DNA of 64,000 nucleotides, taken from the NCBI GenBank assembly GCA_050260175.1, contig JBLNBS010000042.1, positions 1,544 to 65,543 of the forward strand, in the 5' to 3' direction. The notes beneath the pieces were generated by a model, which made no database searches, was not told where the DNA came from, and saw only the letters and a list, made by a program, of their open reading frames with translations. Below, in pieces: positions 31,109 through 40,838 of the stretch. Numbering within the stretch: the stretch's first letter is position 1; each line of letters opens with the position of its first letter. Source of the DNA: Patescibacteria group bacterium (lineage in GTDB: Bacteria; Bacillota; UBA4882; JAAYXC01). A program made the translations under genes and the position numbers.

Positions 31109-31229
31109 CCAAAACGGGCGTGCTGCGGAGCACGCCAGGCCCAAAACAGCCGGGGGCTCCGGGGCATCCCGGACGCCTCCGGCCTGAAGACCGCAAGGCG
31201 GGGTAAATCAGGGTTGTGGATGTGATGCA

Positions 31230-32111
31230 ATGCTAAAGCACGGGCAACATGCCGCCTACCTGTTATTGATGCCGATCATCCTGCTTCTTCTGGTCCTGAT
31301 CGTCATTCCGGTGATCTGGACGTTTTATCTGTCCCTGCACAACACGCCCTTCGGCTTCGGAGACATGAAGTTCGTGGGTCTAGGCAATTATCTTCAGCTC
31401 CTTGCCGATCCGGTTTTCTGGGGATCGTTCAAGATCTGGATACTCTGGGGCTTTGGCAATCTGGTCCTGCAGATGACGATACCTCTGGGCATCGCCCTGC
31501 TGCTTAACCGGCATTTCCCCGGCAACAACCTGGCCCGCATGCTCGTCGTCATCCCATGGATTATCCCCATGGCTGTCATCGCCATCCTGACGCGCTGGAT
31601 GTTCGAGCCGACTCTAGGCATTATCAACGAACTCCTGTTGACGACGGGCCTCTCGAGCCAGGCCGTGAACTTCCTCGGTTCGAATATGAACGCTCTGCCC
31701 GTGCTGATCATGGTCAATTCGTGGAAGTATCTGCCTTTTGGCACCATCATGATCCTGGCCGTGCTCCAGACCATCCCGGAAGAGCTCTACGAGGCGGCCA
31801 CGGTCGACGGTGCCTCCGGTTTCCAGCAGTTCAAGCATATCACGTTCCCACTGCTCGGGACGGTGGTCTGGTTTGTTGCCTTCCTGGCATTTGCCTGGAG
31901 CATGAATGCATTTGACCTGATCTGGCTGACGACGGAGGGCGGACCTGGCAATTCCACCATGACGCTACCGGTCATGATCTACAAAAGGGCCTTCAAGACA
32001 TTCTCAGCCGGGACAGCCTCGGCCATTGCCATATTCATCACGATGTTTTTAACTGTTACGGGTGTCTTCTACTTTAAATACCTCAGCCCAAAAAAGGATG
32101 ACGGCAGATGA
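31230..32111 (+). CDS. ABC transporter permease (MalF-like)
   Basis: TM helices and the EAA loop EAATVDGASGFQQFKHITFPL. Confidence 0.8.
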   Translation: MLKHGQHAAYLLLMPIILLLLVLIVIPVIWTFYLSLHNTPFGFGDMKFVGLGNYLQLLADPVFWGSFKIWILWGFGNLVLQMTIPLGIALLLNRHFPGNNLARMLVVIPWIIPMAVIAILTRWMFEPTLGIINELLLTTGLSSQAVNFLGSNMNALPVLIMVNSWKYLPFGTIMILAVLQTIPEELYEAATVDGASGFQQFKHITFPLLGTVVWFVAFLAFAWSMNAFDLIWLTTEGGPGNSTMTLPVMIYKRAFKTFSAGTASAIAIFITMFLTVTGVFYFKYLSPKKDDGR

Positions 32112-32965
32112 AGAAATTCCCGGTGAGAGGCTTTCCTGGCGGAACCGCGCTTCAGATGCTGATCGTGGCGGCGGTGCTTGCCGTCATGCTGTTTCCGTTT
32201 TATTGGATCTTTTCTTCATCTTTTAAACCGATCGGCGAGATCATGACCACCCACCCGTCGCTCGTGCCCAGACAGCCGACTCTCCGGAATTATCTGGAGA
32301 TTTTCTTGTCCATCAGTCCCGTGCGCAACTTCCCGCGTTTCCTACTGAACAGCCTGATCGTGTCCCTGGCGACGGCTGTGATCTCGACACTGATTGCCAT
32401 TGCGGGAGGTTATGCCCTGGCACGTTACTCTTTTCCCGGCAAGACCGCTCTCTCGCGCTGCCTGCTCTTCGTCTACGTCTTTCCCACAGTCCTGCTCCTG
32501 GTGCCGATCTATCAGATCATGACCAAACTCGGTTTGCTGGACAAGTGGATCAGCCTGGTCATCGTCTATACGACCCTGGTGGCGCCCTTTTGTGCCTGGC
32601 TCTTGAGCGGTTTTTTCCGGTCAATCCCGATCGAACTGGAGGAATCGGGCCGGGTCGACGGCGCCAGCAGGTTCGGTATTCTATTTCGAATCCTCCTGCC
32701 CATCGCCGCCCCCGGCGTGGTGACCGCCGCCGTCTATGCCTTCGTCACCTCCTGGGGTGAGTATATGTTCGCGTTGCTTCTGATGTTTTCCAATGAGATG
32801 AAAACCGCGCCGCTCGGCCTCTCAAGTTTCATGGCCGAGCAGTACATCGAATGGGGGCCGCTGCTGAGTGGATCGGTCCTGGTAATCCTCCCAATAACCA
32901 TCTTTTTCCTGCCGTTTGCCAAGTATTTCGTCAAGGGGCTTGCCTCAGGTGCGGTGAAAGGCTAG
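32108..32965 (+). CDS. ABC transporter permease (MalG-like)
   Basis: EAA loop ESGRVDGASRFGILFRILLPI. 4-nt overlap with the upstream permease. Confidence 0.8.
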   Translation: MKKFPVRGFPGGTALQMLIVAAVLAVMLFPFYWIFSSSFKPIGEIMTTHPSLVPRQPTLRNYLEIFLSISPVRNFPRFLLNSLIVSLATAVISTLIAIAGGYALARYSFPGKTALSRCLLFVYVFPTVLLLVPIYQIMTKLGLLDKWISLVIVYTTLVAPFCAWLLSGFFRSIPIELEESGRVDGASRFGILFRILLPIAAPGVVTAAVYAFVTSWGEYMFALLLMFSNEMKTAPLGLSSFMAEQYIEWGPLLSGSVLVILPITIFFLPFAKYFVKGLASGAVKG

Positions 32966-32987
32966 AAACTCTGATCGGGAGGGTGAA

Positions 32988-34331
32988 TTGGACGTGAAAA
33001 AGGGACTAAGACGGTTAGCCGTTTTGTGCGCCGTCTTCCTGGCTGTGGCCGGCTTTGTACCGTACGAGACCGGGGCTTTTGATAAGATCCAGGAGGACGC
33101 TCCTTGCACGGTGGAGGTCGTCAAGGAGTATATGCTCCCGGTCTGTGAACTGGCATCCACCCTGACCGAGCCGGAGGTCATCAAGCTGGCCAACGGACTG
33201 GTCGAAGTCTCCCTTGTACCTAACCGCGGGCGGGTCCTCTTTGAATATCTCTATAAACCGACCGGCGTCAATTATCTATACGCCTCCAGGCAGCCGATCC
33301 CCTTCGAGACGGCGGACGGTTATATCGCTGAATTCGGGGGTTACTACCTGAGTCTCCCATGGAACACCCGCGACCGGCAACCTTACGATCTGGAACGGGA
33401 GATCGTGGCCAAAAGCGGCGATGAAGCCTCAGTGAGACTCTGGGCGCGCGATCCCGCCACCGAACTGATGGCTGAGATTCTGATCAGTCTGCGCAAAGGT
33501 TCCTCCCGGGTGGAGATCAGCAGTGTGCTGAAGAACGACCAGTCCCGAACAGCGGCCTTTATCCCGGGCGATCATTGCGTCATGGCCTACCCGGCGGCAG
33601 GGAAGCCCACGACCCTCTGGCTGCCCGCGGAGAAGGTGGTGCCGGGGGAAAACCAGGGCGGCTGGATGGGCCCGGCCGGGCAGTCAAAACCATGGCCTCA
33701 ACCATGGCTTCTTTCCAGTTCCTTTCGTGCCAAGGGCGAATTTGCCGTTCCGCGCCTCGAAGCTCCGTTCTTTGCCGTCGCCGGTGCAGGGGCGGGTTTC
33801 GTGCGCAGCTGGTCTCCGGCGGATATCTACGATACCCTCAAGGTTTTTGCCTGGGGCACCAGATACGGGGATGAACTGGGAGGAGAGCGATACGCGCATT
33901 TCGTCGCCGGCGGGCCCAAACGGGAATTACCAGCCGGCGGGAGCATGAAGACGACAACCTACCTCTATGCTGCGTCAAAGCTTGAAAACATCATCGCAGC
34001 CAACGGCGAGGCGTGCGTCTCCGCCATTTGGGATGCGGCCAAGAAGCAGGCCAGGTTCGCCGTGGCTCGCCCCGCCGTTAATGGGGAGGCGGTGCGTCTG
34101 ACCTTGACCCTGGCTGCTCCTGACGGCAAGATACTGGGCTCGGCAACTAGCGGGGAACTGGCGGGAGTCGGTCCGAACATGCCCGCATTCGGCGGTTTGT
34201 CTCTGCCTATCGCACCCAAGGACCTTGCCGCCCAAAGCCTGCGATTGGTGGTTGTGGTCGAGGATTCGTCAGGCGGCAGGCTGCTTGAGCAGACCGTCCC
34301 AGCTGCGCTGATCTTGCCGCTCAAGCGCTAG
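32988..34331 (+). CDS. exported mutarotase-like/unknown-function protein, last gene of module 2
   Basis: N-terminal signal/anchor LAVLCAVFLAVAGFVP. Beta-rich and distantly similar in layout to 21671..22759. Confidence 0.4.
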   Translation: MDVKKGLRRLAVLCAVFLAVAGFVPYETGAFDKIQEDAPCTVEVVKEYMLPVCELASTLTEPEVIKLANGLVEVSLVPNRGRVLFEYLYKPTGVNYLYASRQPIPFETADGYIAEFGGYYLSLPWNTRDRQPYDLEREIVAKSGDEASVRLWARDPATELMAEILISLRKGSSRVEISSVLKNDQSRTAAFIPGDHCVMAYPAAGKPTTLWLPAEKVVPGENQGGWMGPAGQSKPWPQPWLLSSSFRAKGEFAVPRLEAPFFAVAGAGAGFVRSWSPADIYDTLKVFAWGTRYGDELGGERYAHFVAGGPKRELPAGGSMKTTTYLYAASKLENIIAANGEACVSAIWDAAKKQARFAVARPAVNGEAVRLTLTLAAPDGKILGSATSGELAGVGPNMPAFGGLSLPIAPKDLAAQSLRLVVVVEDSSGGRLLEQTVPAALILPLKR

Positions 34332-34441
34332 GTCAGTTTGCCGGACTCCCGCGCGTATTCCAGGGAGTGCGCCAAGTCAGGCACACCCTTGGGATAATCG
34401 AAGGATCGCACGCCAGGGACGGCGTCGTCATGGAGGACGAA

Positions 34442-34484
34442 AGGTTCGGCGGGCGCAAGGATAGCGGCCCGCCGAACCTTTTTC
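34442..34484 (+). terminator. rho-independent terminator after module 2
   Basis: Perfect 13-bp stem AGGTTCGGCGGGC / GCCCGCCGAACCT with a 12-nt loop, followed by TTTTT. Confidence 0.7.
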
Positions 34485-34568
34485 CCGTGACACCGTGCAG
34501 CGCGGAACTGTTTTGGCTTGCCGGATCGCACTTGGCGAGAGAGATCTCCCGCCCCTGCCTTTTCATGC

Positions 34569-34967
34569 TCAATCCCTTACTTCCGCTTCAGGCGCCTCTT
34601 CCCGTTGCCCCATGACCCGGAACGCCATGGCGCAGTGCGGGCAGACGGCGGTGTACCCCTGTTCGCGCAGGGGCGCGCGCATGCGTCCGTCGCAGCGGGG
34701 GCATTGGAGGATCAGGCTTTCGCCCGGCGCGAGAGGCGCGCGGGCAGGTTCCGCGGCGCCGGGCCGGACGGGGTTACCGCAGCAATTGCAGGCATACCCC
34801 GTTTCAGGCCGGCCGACCGGAAAGACTGGCACGAAAAAAAGCGTGAAATAGCTGCGCGCGGTGATCCGTTCCAGGTTGCGCAGATCGCCGCATACCGGGC
34901 AGAATCCCCTGCCGTCCGTCCCCTCCCGTTTTACGACCGGCCGGATGCCGCAGATGATGAAAAACAA
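34569..34967 (-). CDS. zinc-ribbon domain protein
   Basis: CPVCG...CNCCG and CPRC...CPHC cysteine pairs. Confidence 0.35.
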   Translation of the reverse strand: MFFIICGIRPVVKREGTDGRGFCPVCGDLRNLERITARSYFTLFFVPVFPVGRPETGYACNCCGNPVRPGAAEPARAPLAPGESLILQCPRCDGRMRAPLREQGYTAVCPHCAMAFRVMGQREEAPEAEVRD

Positions 34968-34988
34968 GATACGTGCCCCCCAATCTTC

Positions 34989-35705
34989 CTAGACCGGCCT
35001 CAACTCCCCGTTGACCCATTCCAAGCGGCGGTAAGCCTCGCCAAGCTTGGCCTTGATTCGCTTGCCGTATTCGGCCGCCGTGGCCCGCAAAGCGGTCTCG
35101 ATTCCGTCCCACCCCGCGCCCGTCTGGCTCGCGTGGCAGCGCAAGGCCTCGAGCTTTTGGGGAAAGACCTTGGTCACGTCATTGACGCGGCAGGGCTCGG
35201 GCAGGTTGGTGCCAAATAACAGGTAGCACGCGGGCGAGTCAGTCCATGCCTTTGGCTCATTTTCCGGGAAGTACCTGACGCAGGGATGCAGGTAGCCGGC
35301 CTCGAAGGCCACGCGGCCCACGGTGGTGTGATCGGGGTGCGGGTCCAGGCTCTGGGGATCAAAGGTGATGAGGACCTGGGGCTGGTAATTTCGCATGGCG
35401 CGGTACAGCCTGGCGCGGAGCGTGTTCAGGCTGGCGTATGCCAGATCGCCGTCGGGCAGGTCAAAGAAGATCGTCTCCTGGACGCCGGTGACGGCTGCGG
35501 CGGCCATCTGCTCCCGGCGCCGCGCGGCGGCCAGGGCCGTTTCGTCCACGCCGGGATCGCGGGTGCCCTTGTTCCCCGAGGTCGCGATGATGTGCACGAC
35601 GCGGTTCCTGCGCGCGAGCTGGCAGATGGTCCCCCCAAAGAGCCACTCCAGGTCGTCCGGGTGGGCGGTGACGGCCAGGATGGTGCGATCGGTGAATTCA
35701 AGCAT
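34989..35705 (-). CDS. PIG-L (LmbE-like) family deacetylase (paralog 3)
   Basis: AVTAHPDDLEW and DPHPDH motifs. Confidence 0.8.
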   Translation of the reverse strand: MLEFTDRTILAVTAHPDDLEWLFGGTICQLARRNRVVHIIATSGNKGTRDPGVDETALAAARRREQMAAAAVTGVQETIFFDLPDGDLAYASLNTLRARLYRAMRNYQPQVLITFDPQSLDPHPDHTTVGRVAFEAGYLHPCVRYFPENEPKAWTDSPACYLLFGTNLPEPCRVNDVTKVFPQKLEALRCHASQTGAGWDGIETALRATAAEYGKRIKAKLGEAYRRLEWVNGELRPV

Positions 35706-36046
35706 GGCTGCTCCCCCTCTGCCTGAGTTTACGTGCGTTGATTTCTGGATTAGCCGCCGCTTCCCCTCTTTGCATATCCCCTTTGCTCCGGAAATCTCAA
35801 ACTGCTTTTAACCTGGGTTTTCCCTCCATCTCCCCGCCCCTACGATATCCCGGTAGACCCAGGGTGAATAGGCCGCGCCGCCGCGATACGGCGCAAGCAG
35901 ATCGGATCCGGCCTCCCCCTCCTGTTGTAGCGGCAGGCGAACTCGTCGAGGTCGGCCTGGAGATGCTGTCACGAACAAATGCCGCAGTCAATGGGTTGCC
36001 GTGCCTGAGTTAGGGGGATACTCAAAAAAAGTCGGGCGGGGGGAGC

Positions 36047-36976
36047 CTAGAGGAAGAGCACGCTCACGGAGATATTCTGGTGGATGCGGCGGATGGCGTC
36101 GCCGAGCAGCGGGGCGACCGAGAGGACCTTGAGATTAGGGGGGGTTTGCTCGGGTTTGATGGCGATGGTGTTTGTCACGACGATCTCCCTGAGAGCCGGG
36201 TGGCCCAGCCGCTCCGCCGCCGGCGGCGAAAAGACGCCGTGCGTGGCCAGGATGTGGATCTCCGGCCTGGCGCCCCGCTGCAGCAGGGCCTCGACCACCT
36301 GGATCATGCTCCCGCCCGTGTCGATGATATCCTCGATGACGATGGGCGTGAGGTTCTCGACCTCGCCGATGAAATAGCTCACCTCGGCCACGTTGCGGGC
36401 CGGGCGGCGCTTGTACATCACGCCCAGCGGCAGATCCAAAAGATCGGCCAGTTTTTCGGCTTTTTTGACGCTGCCCGCATCGGGGGCGATGATGACGCCG
36501 TTCTGGATGGGCTTGTTCTTGATATACTGGGCCAGCATGGGCAGGGCCGTCATGTGATCCACGGGGATATTGAAGAAGCCCTGGATGGCGGGGGCGTGCA
36601 GGTCCATGGTGATGATGCGGTTGGCGCCGGCGGTGGTGATGATGTCCGCCACCATGCGGGCGGTGATGGGCTCCCTGGGGGCGGTCTTCTTTTCCTGCCG
36701 CGCGTACCCGTAATAGGGGATGACGGCGGTGATGCGCCCGGCCGAGGCCCGCTTGAGTGCGTCGATCATGATGAGCAGCTCGACCAGGTTCTCGTTGATC
36801 GGGGCCGAGAGGGGTTGGAGCACGAAGATGTCCGCACCCCTGACACTTTCCTCGTAACGCACGTAGATTTCCCCGCTGGCAAAACGCGAGATATCGACAC
36901 CGCCCAGGGATATGCCCAGGAAATCGGCCACTTCCTGACCGAGCCCAGGATTGGCGGTGCCGGTAAAGAGTTTCAT
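36047..36976 (-). CDS. prs: ribose-phosphate pyrophosphokinase
   Basis: MKLFTGTANPGLGQEVADFLG start. PRPP-binding motif VIIAPDAGSVKKA and a DIIDTGGS loop. The ORF-track upstream extension from 37096 was rejected. Confidence 0.85.
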   Translation of the reverse strand: MKLFTGTANPGLGQEVADFLGISLGGVDISRFASGEIYVRYEESVRGADIFVLQPLSAPINENLVELLIMIDALKRASAGRITAVIPYYGYARQEKKTAPREPITARMVADIITTAGANRIITMDLHAPAIQGFFNIPVDHMTALPMLAQYIKNKPIQNGVIIAPDAGSVKKAEKLADLLDLPLGVMYKRRPARNVAEVSYFIGEVENLTPIVIEDIIDTGGSMIQVVEALLQRGARPEIHILATHGVFSPPAAERLGHPALREIVVTNTIAIKPEQTPPNLKVLSVAPLLGDAIRRIHQNISVSVLFL

Positions 36977-37144
36977 CTGGTTGTTGTACGGCACAGGCTC
37001 CACTCCACAGCTCAACCTCTCGGGCCATCCGCCGGCGCTTTTAATATGCAACGAATTATATTTGAACCTATAGGTGGCGAAAACGCATAAATGCACTACA
37101 ATTTTGGCTTCAGCGCTATAATTAAATTCGCTGCATATAGGAGT

Positions 37145-37167
37145 AAAACGGCGAGCTCTCGCTCGCC
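37145..37167 (-). terminator. rho-independent terminator downstream of rpmB
   Basis: GGCGAGC-GAGA-GCTCGCC 7-bp stem followed, on the minus strand, by GTTTTAC. Confidence 0.55.
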
Positions 37168-37192
37168 TGTAGGGATGGCGGCGGTTCCCGTT

Positions 37193-37384
37193 TTACGCCT
37201 GGCGCTTGATCAGGCCCGAGCGCAGGCAGCGCGTGCATACCCGCAGGCGGCGCGGGGCGCCGTCCACGACCGCGTTGATGTTGCGCAGGTTTGGTTCCCA
37301 ACGGCGATGGGTCTTGATGTTGGAGTGACTGACGAGATTGCCGGCGAGCTTGCCCTTGCCGCAGACTTCGCATTGCTTGGCCAC
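37193..37384 (-). CDS. rpmB: 50S ribosomal protein L28
   Basis: VAKQCEVCGKGKLAGNLVSHSNIKTHRRWEPNL is the canonical L28 sequence. GTG at 37384 gives 63 aa. Confidence 0.85.
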   Translation of the reverse strand: MAKQCEVCGKGKLAGNLVSHSNIKTHRRWEPNLRNINAVVDGAPRRLRVCTRCLRSGLIKRQA

Positions 37385-37750
37385 TTTGCTTTTGATCCCC
37401 TTCCCAAACGACAGGAATGACATCGATCATTTTAACACATGCCCCGGACCGGCGCAAGGGCAAGACGGATCGCGGTTCGCCGCCGGGTCATGAAGGAAAA
37501 TGCCTCCTGCGCCACGAAGTCTCCCCGTCATCAAGCCGATAAATTATGCAGTGCGGATCGGTGAGGATCCAATCAGGGCGTCTAGCTCTGCCCACGATGG
37601 GCATAAAGCGAGCGACGTACATGGATGTACCAAAGCAGCTCAGCCGGGATTTCACGTACCACCAAAAAAGCAGGAATAATACCGTGATCCGAGAATAGTA
37701 ATGTGGTCTTCCCCGGTGGAGAAAAACTACCTCCCACAGGGGTGAATGGA

Positions 37751-38131
37751 TTGGCATTGGACAATGGGGCCGCTCGTTCCCTCGGGGAGATAAACGTATC
37801 ACCGGATGCCATCGCCACGGTCGCCGGTATAGCGGCGCTGGAATGCTACGGTGTCGTTGGCATGGCCTCCCGCAGCCTGCAGGACGGGATTGCCGAGCTC
37901 CTGCGCGGCAGGGACAACCTGGCCAAGGGGATCGAGGTCAGCATCGAGAACGATCGCGCCACCATCGATCTGTACGTGATCGTTGAATATGGCACGCGCA
38001 TCAGGGAAGTGGCCAGAAACGTCATCGAGAGGGTCAGGTACACGGTCGAATCGCACTTGGGCCTGTCTGTCGTGGATGTCAACGTCATCGTGCAGGGTGT
38101 GCGCACCGGGGTCAAGAACGCGAACCAGTAA
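37751..38131 (+). CDS. Asp23/Gls24 family envelope-stress protein (YloU-like)
   Basis: GEINVSPDAIATVAGIAA...DLYVIVEYGTRIREVARNV is a typical Asp23 family sequence. Starts at one of TTG 37751/37757 or GTG 37742; ORF track gives 37703. Confidence 0.7.
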   Translation: MALDNGAARSLGEINVSPDAIATVAGIAALECYGVVGMASRSLQDGIAELLRGRDNLAKGIEVSIENDRATIDLYVIVEYGTRIREVARNVIERVRYTVESHLGLSVVDVNVIVQGVRTGVKNANQ

Positions 38132-38305
38132 CCCGTTCGTTTCCCTCGCATTAGCCGGTATCCGTTTCATTTCGGATGGGACGGGACTTTCGAAACCCCA
38201 GGGGCTTATGCCCAAGCATACCGCGTCTTTGGCTCCGGCATGGCGACCAAAGCCGCGGGGGAGTAAGGTATTTCGAAATTCCGGGTTTAGAGGGGGTTTC
38301 GCTTT

Positions 38306-39961
38306 TTGCACGCCGACTTGGTGGATGGCGAACGGTTCTGGCAGATGCTGTCAGCCGGCACCGCCTTGCTTCACGAACGCAAAGAGGAGGTCGACGCCCT
38401 CAACGTTTTCCCGGTTCCCGACGGGGATACCGGTACGAACATGTACCTCACCCTGCTTGCCGCCTTGCGCGAGGTGGAAAAGACATCCCGCGCGCAACTC
38501 GGCCAGGTGGTGGACGCCGCGGCCCAGGGGGCGCTCATGGGGGCGCGCGGCAATTCGGGCGTTATCCTTTCCCAGCTGTTCCGGGGTTTTGCCAAGGCCG
38601 TGGCGGGGCTGGAAGCGCTTGACAAGCGCGCTCTGGCAAAGGGATTGACCGGCGCGGCCGTCGTGGCTTACCAGGCGGTGCGCAAACCCGTGGAGGGCAC
38701 GATCCTCACCGTGGTAAAGGAGGCCGCCAAAGCCGCCGAGGCGGCCGCCCAGCAGGAAGCGTCGTCGCTGGTGGGTTTTTTCGAGGAGATCTATGCCCAC
38801 GCCTCCATTACGCTCTCACGCACCCCGGAGATGCTTCCCACGCTCAAGCAGGCGGGGGTGGTGGACGCGGGGGGCAAGGGCTGGCTGATCATCCTCGAGG
38901 GTGCGATCAGGGCCCTGAAAGGCCAGCCCGTGAACGAGCCGGGCGAGATACGGGAAGCCGTACCCCGGGCGGATATGGCCGGTATCATGATCTCCGAGGA
39001 TGAACCGTTCAATATTAACTTCCAGTATTGCACGGAATTCCTCCTGCGGGGGACGAGCCTCAGCGTGGAGGAGATACAGGCTGATCTGGCGCCCCACGGC
39101 GATTCGCTGCTCGTGGTGGGAGACGAGCAGGTCGTCAAGATCCATCTGCATACCAACAACCCCGGACTCATCCTCGATTACGCGGTGCGCCTGGGCGAGC
39201 TGAGCGAGATCCAGATCAATAACATGATCGAGCAGAGCCGGGCCCGGCTGGACCGCATCAAGCAGGCCAAGGCCGCCGAGGCGCCCTCGGGCGAACTGAA
39301 GGAGATCGGCCTCGTGGCGGTGGCCATCGGCGACGGCCTGGCCCAGATCTTTCGCAGCCTGGGTGTGGACGAGATCGTCGAGGGCGGCCAGACCATGAAT
39401 CCGAGCACGGAGGACCTCCTGCGTGGGGTGCAAAGGGTCGCGGCCAAGCAGGTCCTCATCCTGCCCAACAACGGCAACGTCATCATGACCGCCGGGCAGG
39501 TCGGCGAGCTGACCGAGGTGCCGATCGCCGTGGTGCCGACAAAGTTCATCCCCCAAGGAATCGCGGCGCTCATGGCCTACAACCCCTTAGCCGATCTCCA
39601 GGAAAACGTGCTCGGCATGACGCGCGCCTGCGCGGAGATCAAGACGGGCGAGGTCACTTACGCCGTGAGGGCGTCGGCGGTCAACGGTTTCAAGATCGCC
39701 GAAGGGGACATCATCGGCCTCATGGACGGCGAATTGGTGGCCGTGGGCAAATCGGCCGAGGAGGTCCTGCGCGGGCTCCTGGCCAAGATGGTCCCCGGGG
39801 ACAAGGCCGATGTCCTGATCTCGCTCTACTACGGCCACGATGTCACCCAGGAGGAGGCCAAACGGGTTCTCTCGGCCACATCGGACCAGTGGCCCGAGGC
39901 GGACGTCGAACTGTACTACGGCGGGCAACCCCTCTACTACTATATACTTTCCGTCGAGTAA
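38306..39961 (+). CDS. fakA: DAK2-domain fatty acid kinase subunit FakA (YloV-like)
   Basis: LNVFPVPDGDTGTNM Dak2 signature. Conserved asp23-fakA order as in Bacillus yloU-yloV. Confidence 0.85.
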   Translation: MHADLVDGERFWQMLSAGTALLHERKEEVDALNVFPVPDGDTGTNMYLTLLAALREVEKTSRAQLGQVVDAAAQGALMGARGNSGVILSQLFRGFAKAVAGLEALDKRALAKGLTGAAVVAYQAVRKPVEGTILTVVKEAAKAAEAAAQQEASSLVGFFEEIYAHASITLSRTPEMLPTLKQAGVVDAGGKGWLIILEGAIRALKGQPVNEPGEIREAVPRADMAGIMISEDEPFNINFQYCTEFLLRGTSLSVEEIQADLAPHGDSLLVVGDEQVVKIHLHTNNPGLILDYAVRLGELSEIQINNMIEQSRARLDRIKQAKAAEAPSGELKEIGLVAVAIGDGLAQIFRSLGVDEIVEGGQTMNPSTEDLLRGVQRVAAKQVLILPNNGNVIMTAGQVGELTEVPIAVVPTKFIPQGIAALMAYNPLADLQENVLGMTRACAEIKTGEVTYAVRASAVNGFKIAEGDIIGLMDGELVAVGKSAEEVLRGLLAKMVPGDKADVLISLYYGHDVTQEEAKRVLSATSDQWPEADVELYYGGQPLYYYILSVE

Positions 39962-39971
39962 AAAACAGGGG

Positions 39972-40838
39972 GTGTCATGGAGCGTGTCCCAGAGACTGAG
40001 GATCGTCACCGACAGCACAGCCGATCTGCCGGCCAAGCTCATTACGGATTACGGTATCACGGTGGTCCCCCTGAACGTTCATTTCGGGGAGGAAGTGTTA
40101 AAGGACGGGGAGGATATCTGGGCGGAGGAATTCTACCACCGGCTCAAGAACGAGGTGCATCTCCCCAACACGTCCCAGCCGTCGCCTGCGGAATTCGCCC
40201 GCGTCTACGAACAGCTCGCGGGCGAGGCGGATTGCATCTTTTCCATCCATATCTCCGAGAAACTGAGCGGCACGCTCTCCTCGGCGCACATGGCCGCCGA
40301 GATGGTCAAGGACAAGGTCAAGGTCGTGGTCGTCGACTCGCAGGTAGTCTCCATGGGCCTCGGGCTCATCGCGCTCGCCGCGGCCAGGGCCGCGGCCGCG
40401 GGCGCGGATTCGGCGGCGGTCGAGGCTGAGATCAAGCGGGCGCAGGCCCAGTTGAGCCTTTATTTCACCGTGGAGACGCTGGCGCATCTGAACCGCACCG
40501 GCCGCATCGGCAAGGCCTCGGCCCTGCTCGGGAGCCTGCTCAACATCAGGCCCATCCTGAGCCTGGCGGATGGCACGATCATCCCCGCGGAAAAATACCG
40601 GGGAAGCTCGGCCAAGGCCAATGTCCGCCTGCTCGAGCTGCTCGGCGAGGACATGGCCGGACGGCCCTGCTGGGTGGCGCTGGTGCACGCGGACGCGCCG
40701 GCCGAGGCGGAACGCCTGAAAGGGTTAATCCCCTCCTATCTCGAGGCGCGGGAGACGCATATCTCGTTCGTCGGGCCCATCGTCGGCGTGCATGCGGGCC
40801 CGGGAACCATCGGCATCATGGCCCTGCCCGTCGCCTGA
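39972..40838 (+). CDS. DegV family fatty-acid-binding protein (FakB)
   Basis: RIVTDSTADLP N-terminus and DegV-type fold. GTG at 39972. Confidence 0.8.
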   Translation: MSWSVSQRLRIVTDSTADLPAKLITDYGITVVPLNVHFGEEVLKDGEDIWAEEFYHRLKNEVHLPNTSQPSPAEFARVYEQLAGEADCIFSIHISEKLSGTLSSAHMAAEMVKDKVKVVVVDSQVVSMGLGLIALAAARAAAAGADSAAVEAEIKRAQAQLSLYFTVETLAHLNRTGRIGKASALLGSLLNIRPILSLADGTIIPAEKYRGSSAKANVRLLELLGEDMAGRPCWVALVHADAPAEAERLKGLIPSYLEARETHISFVGPIVGVHAGPGTIGIMALPVA

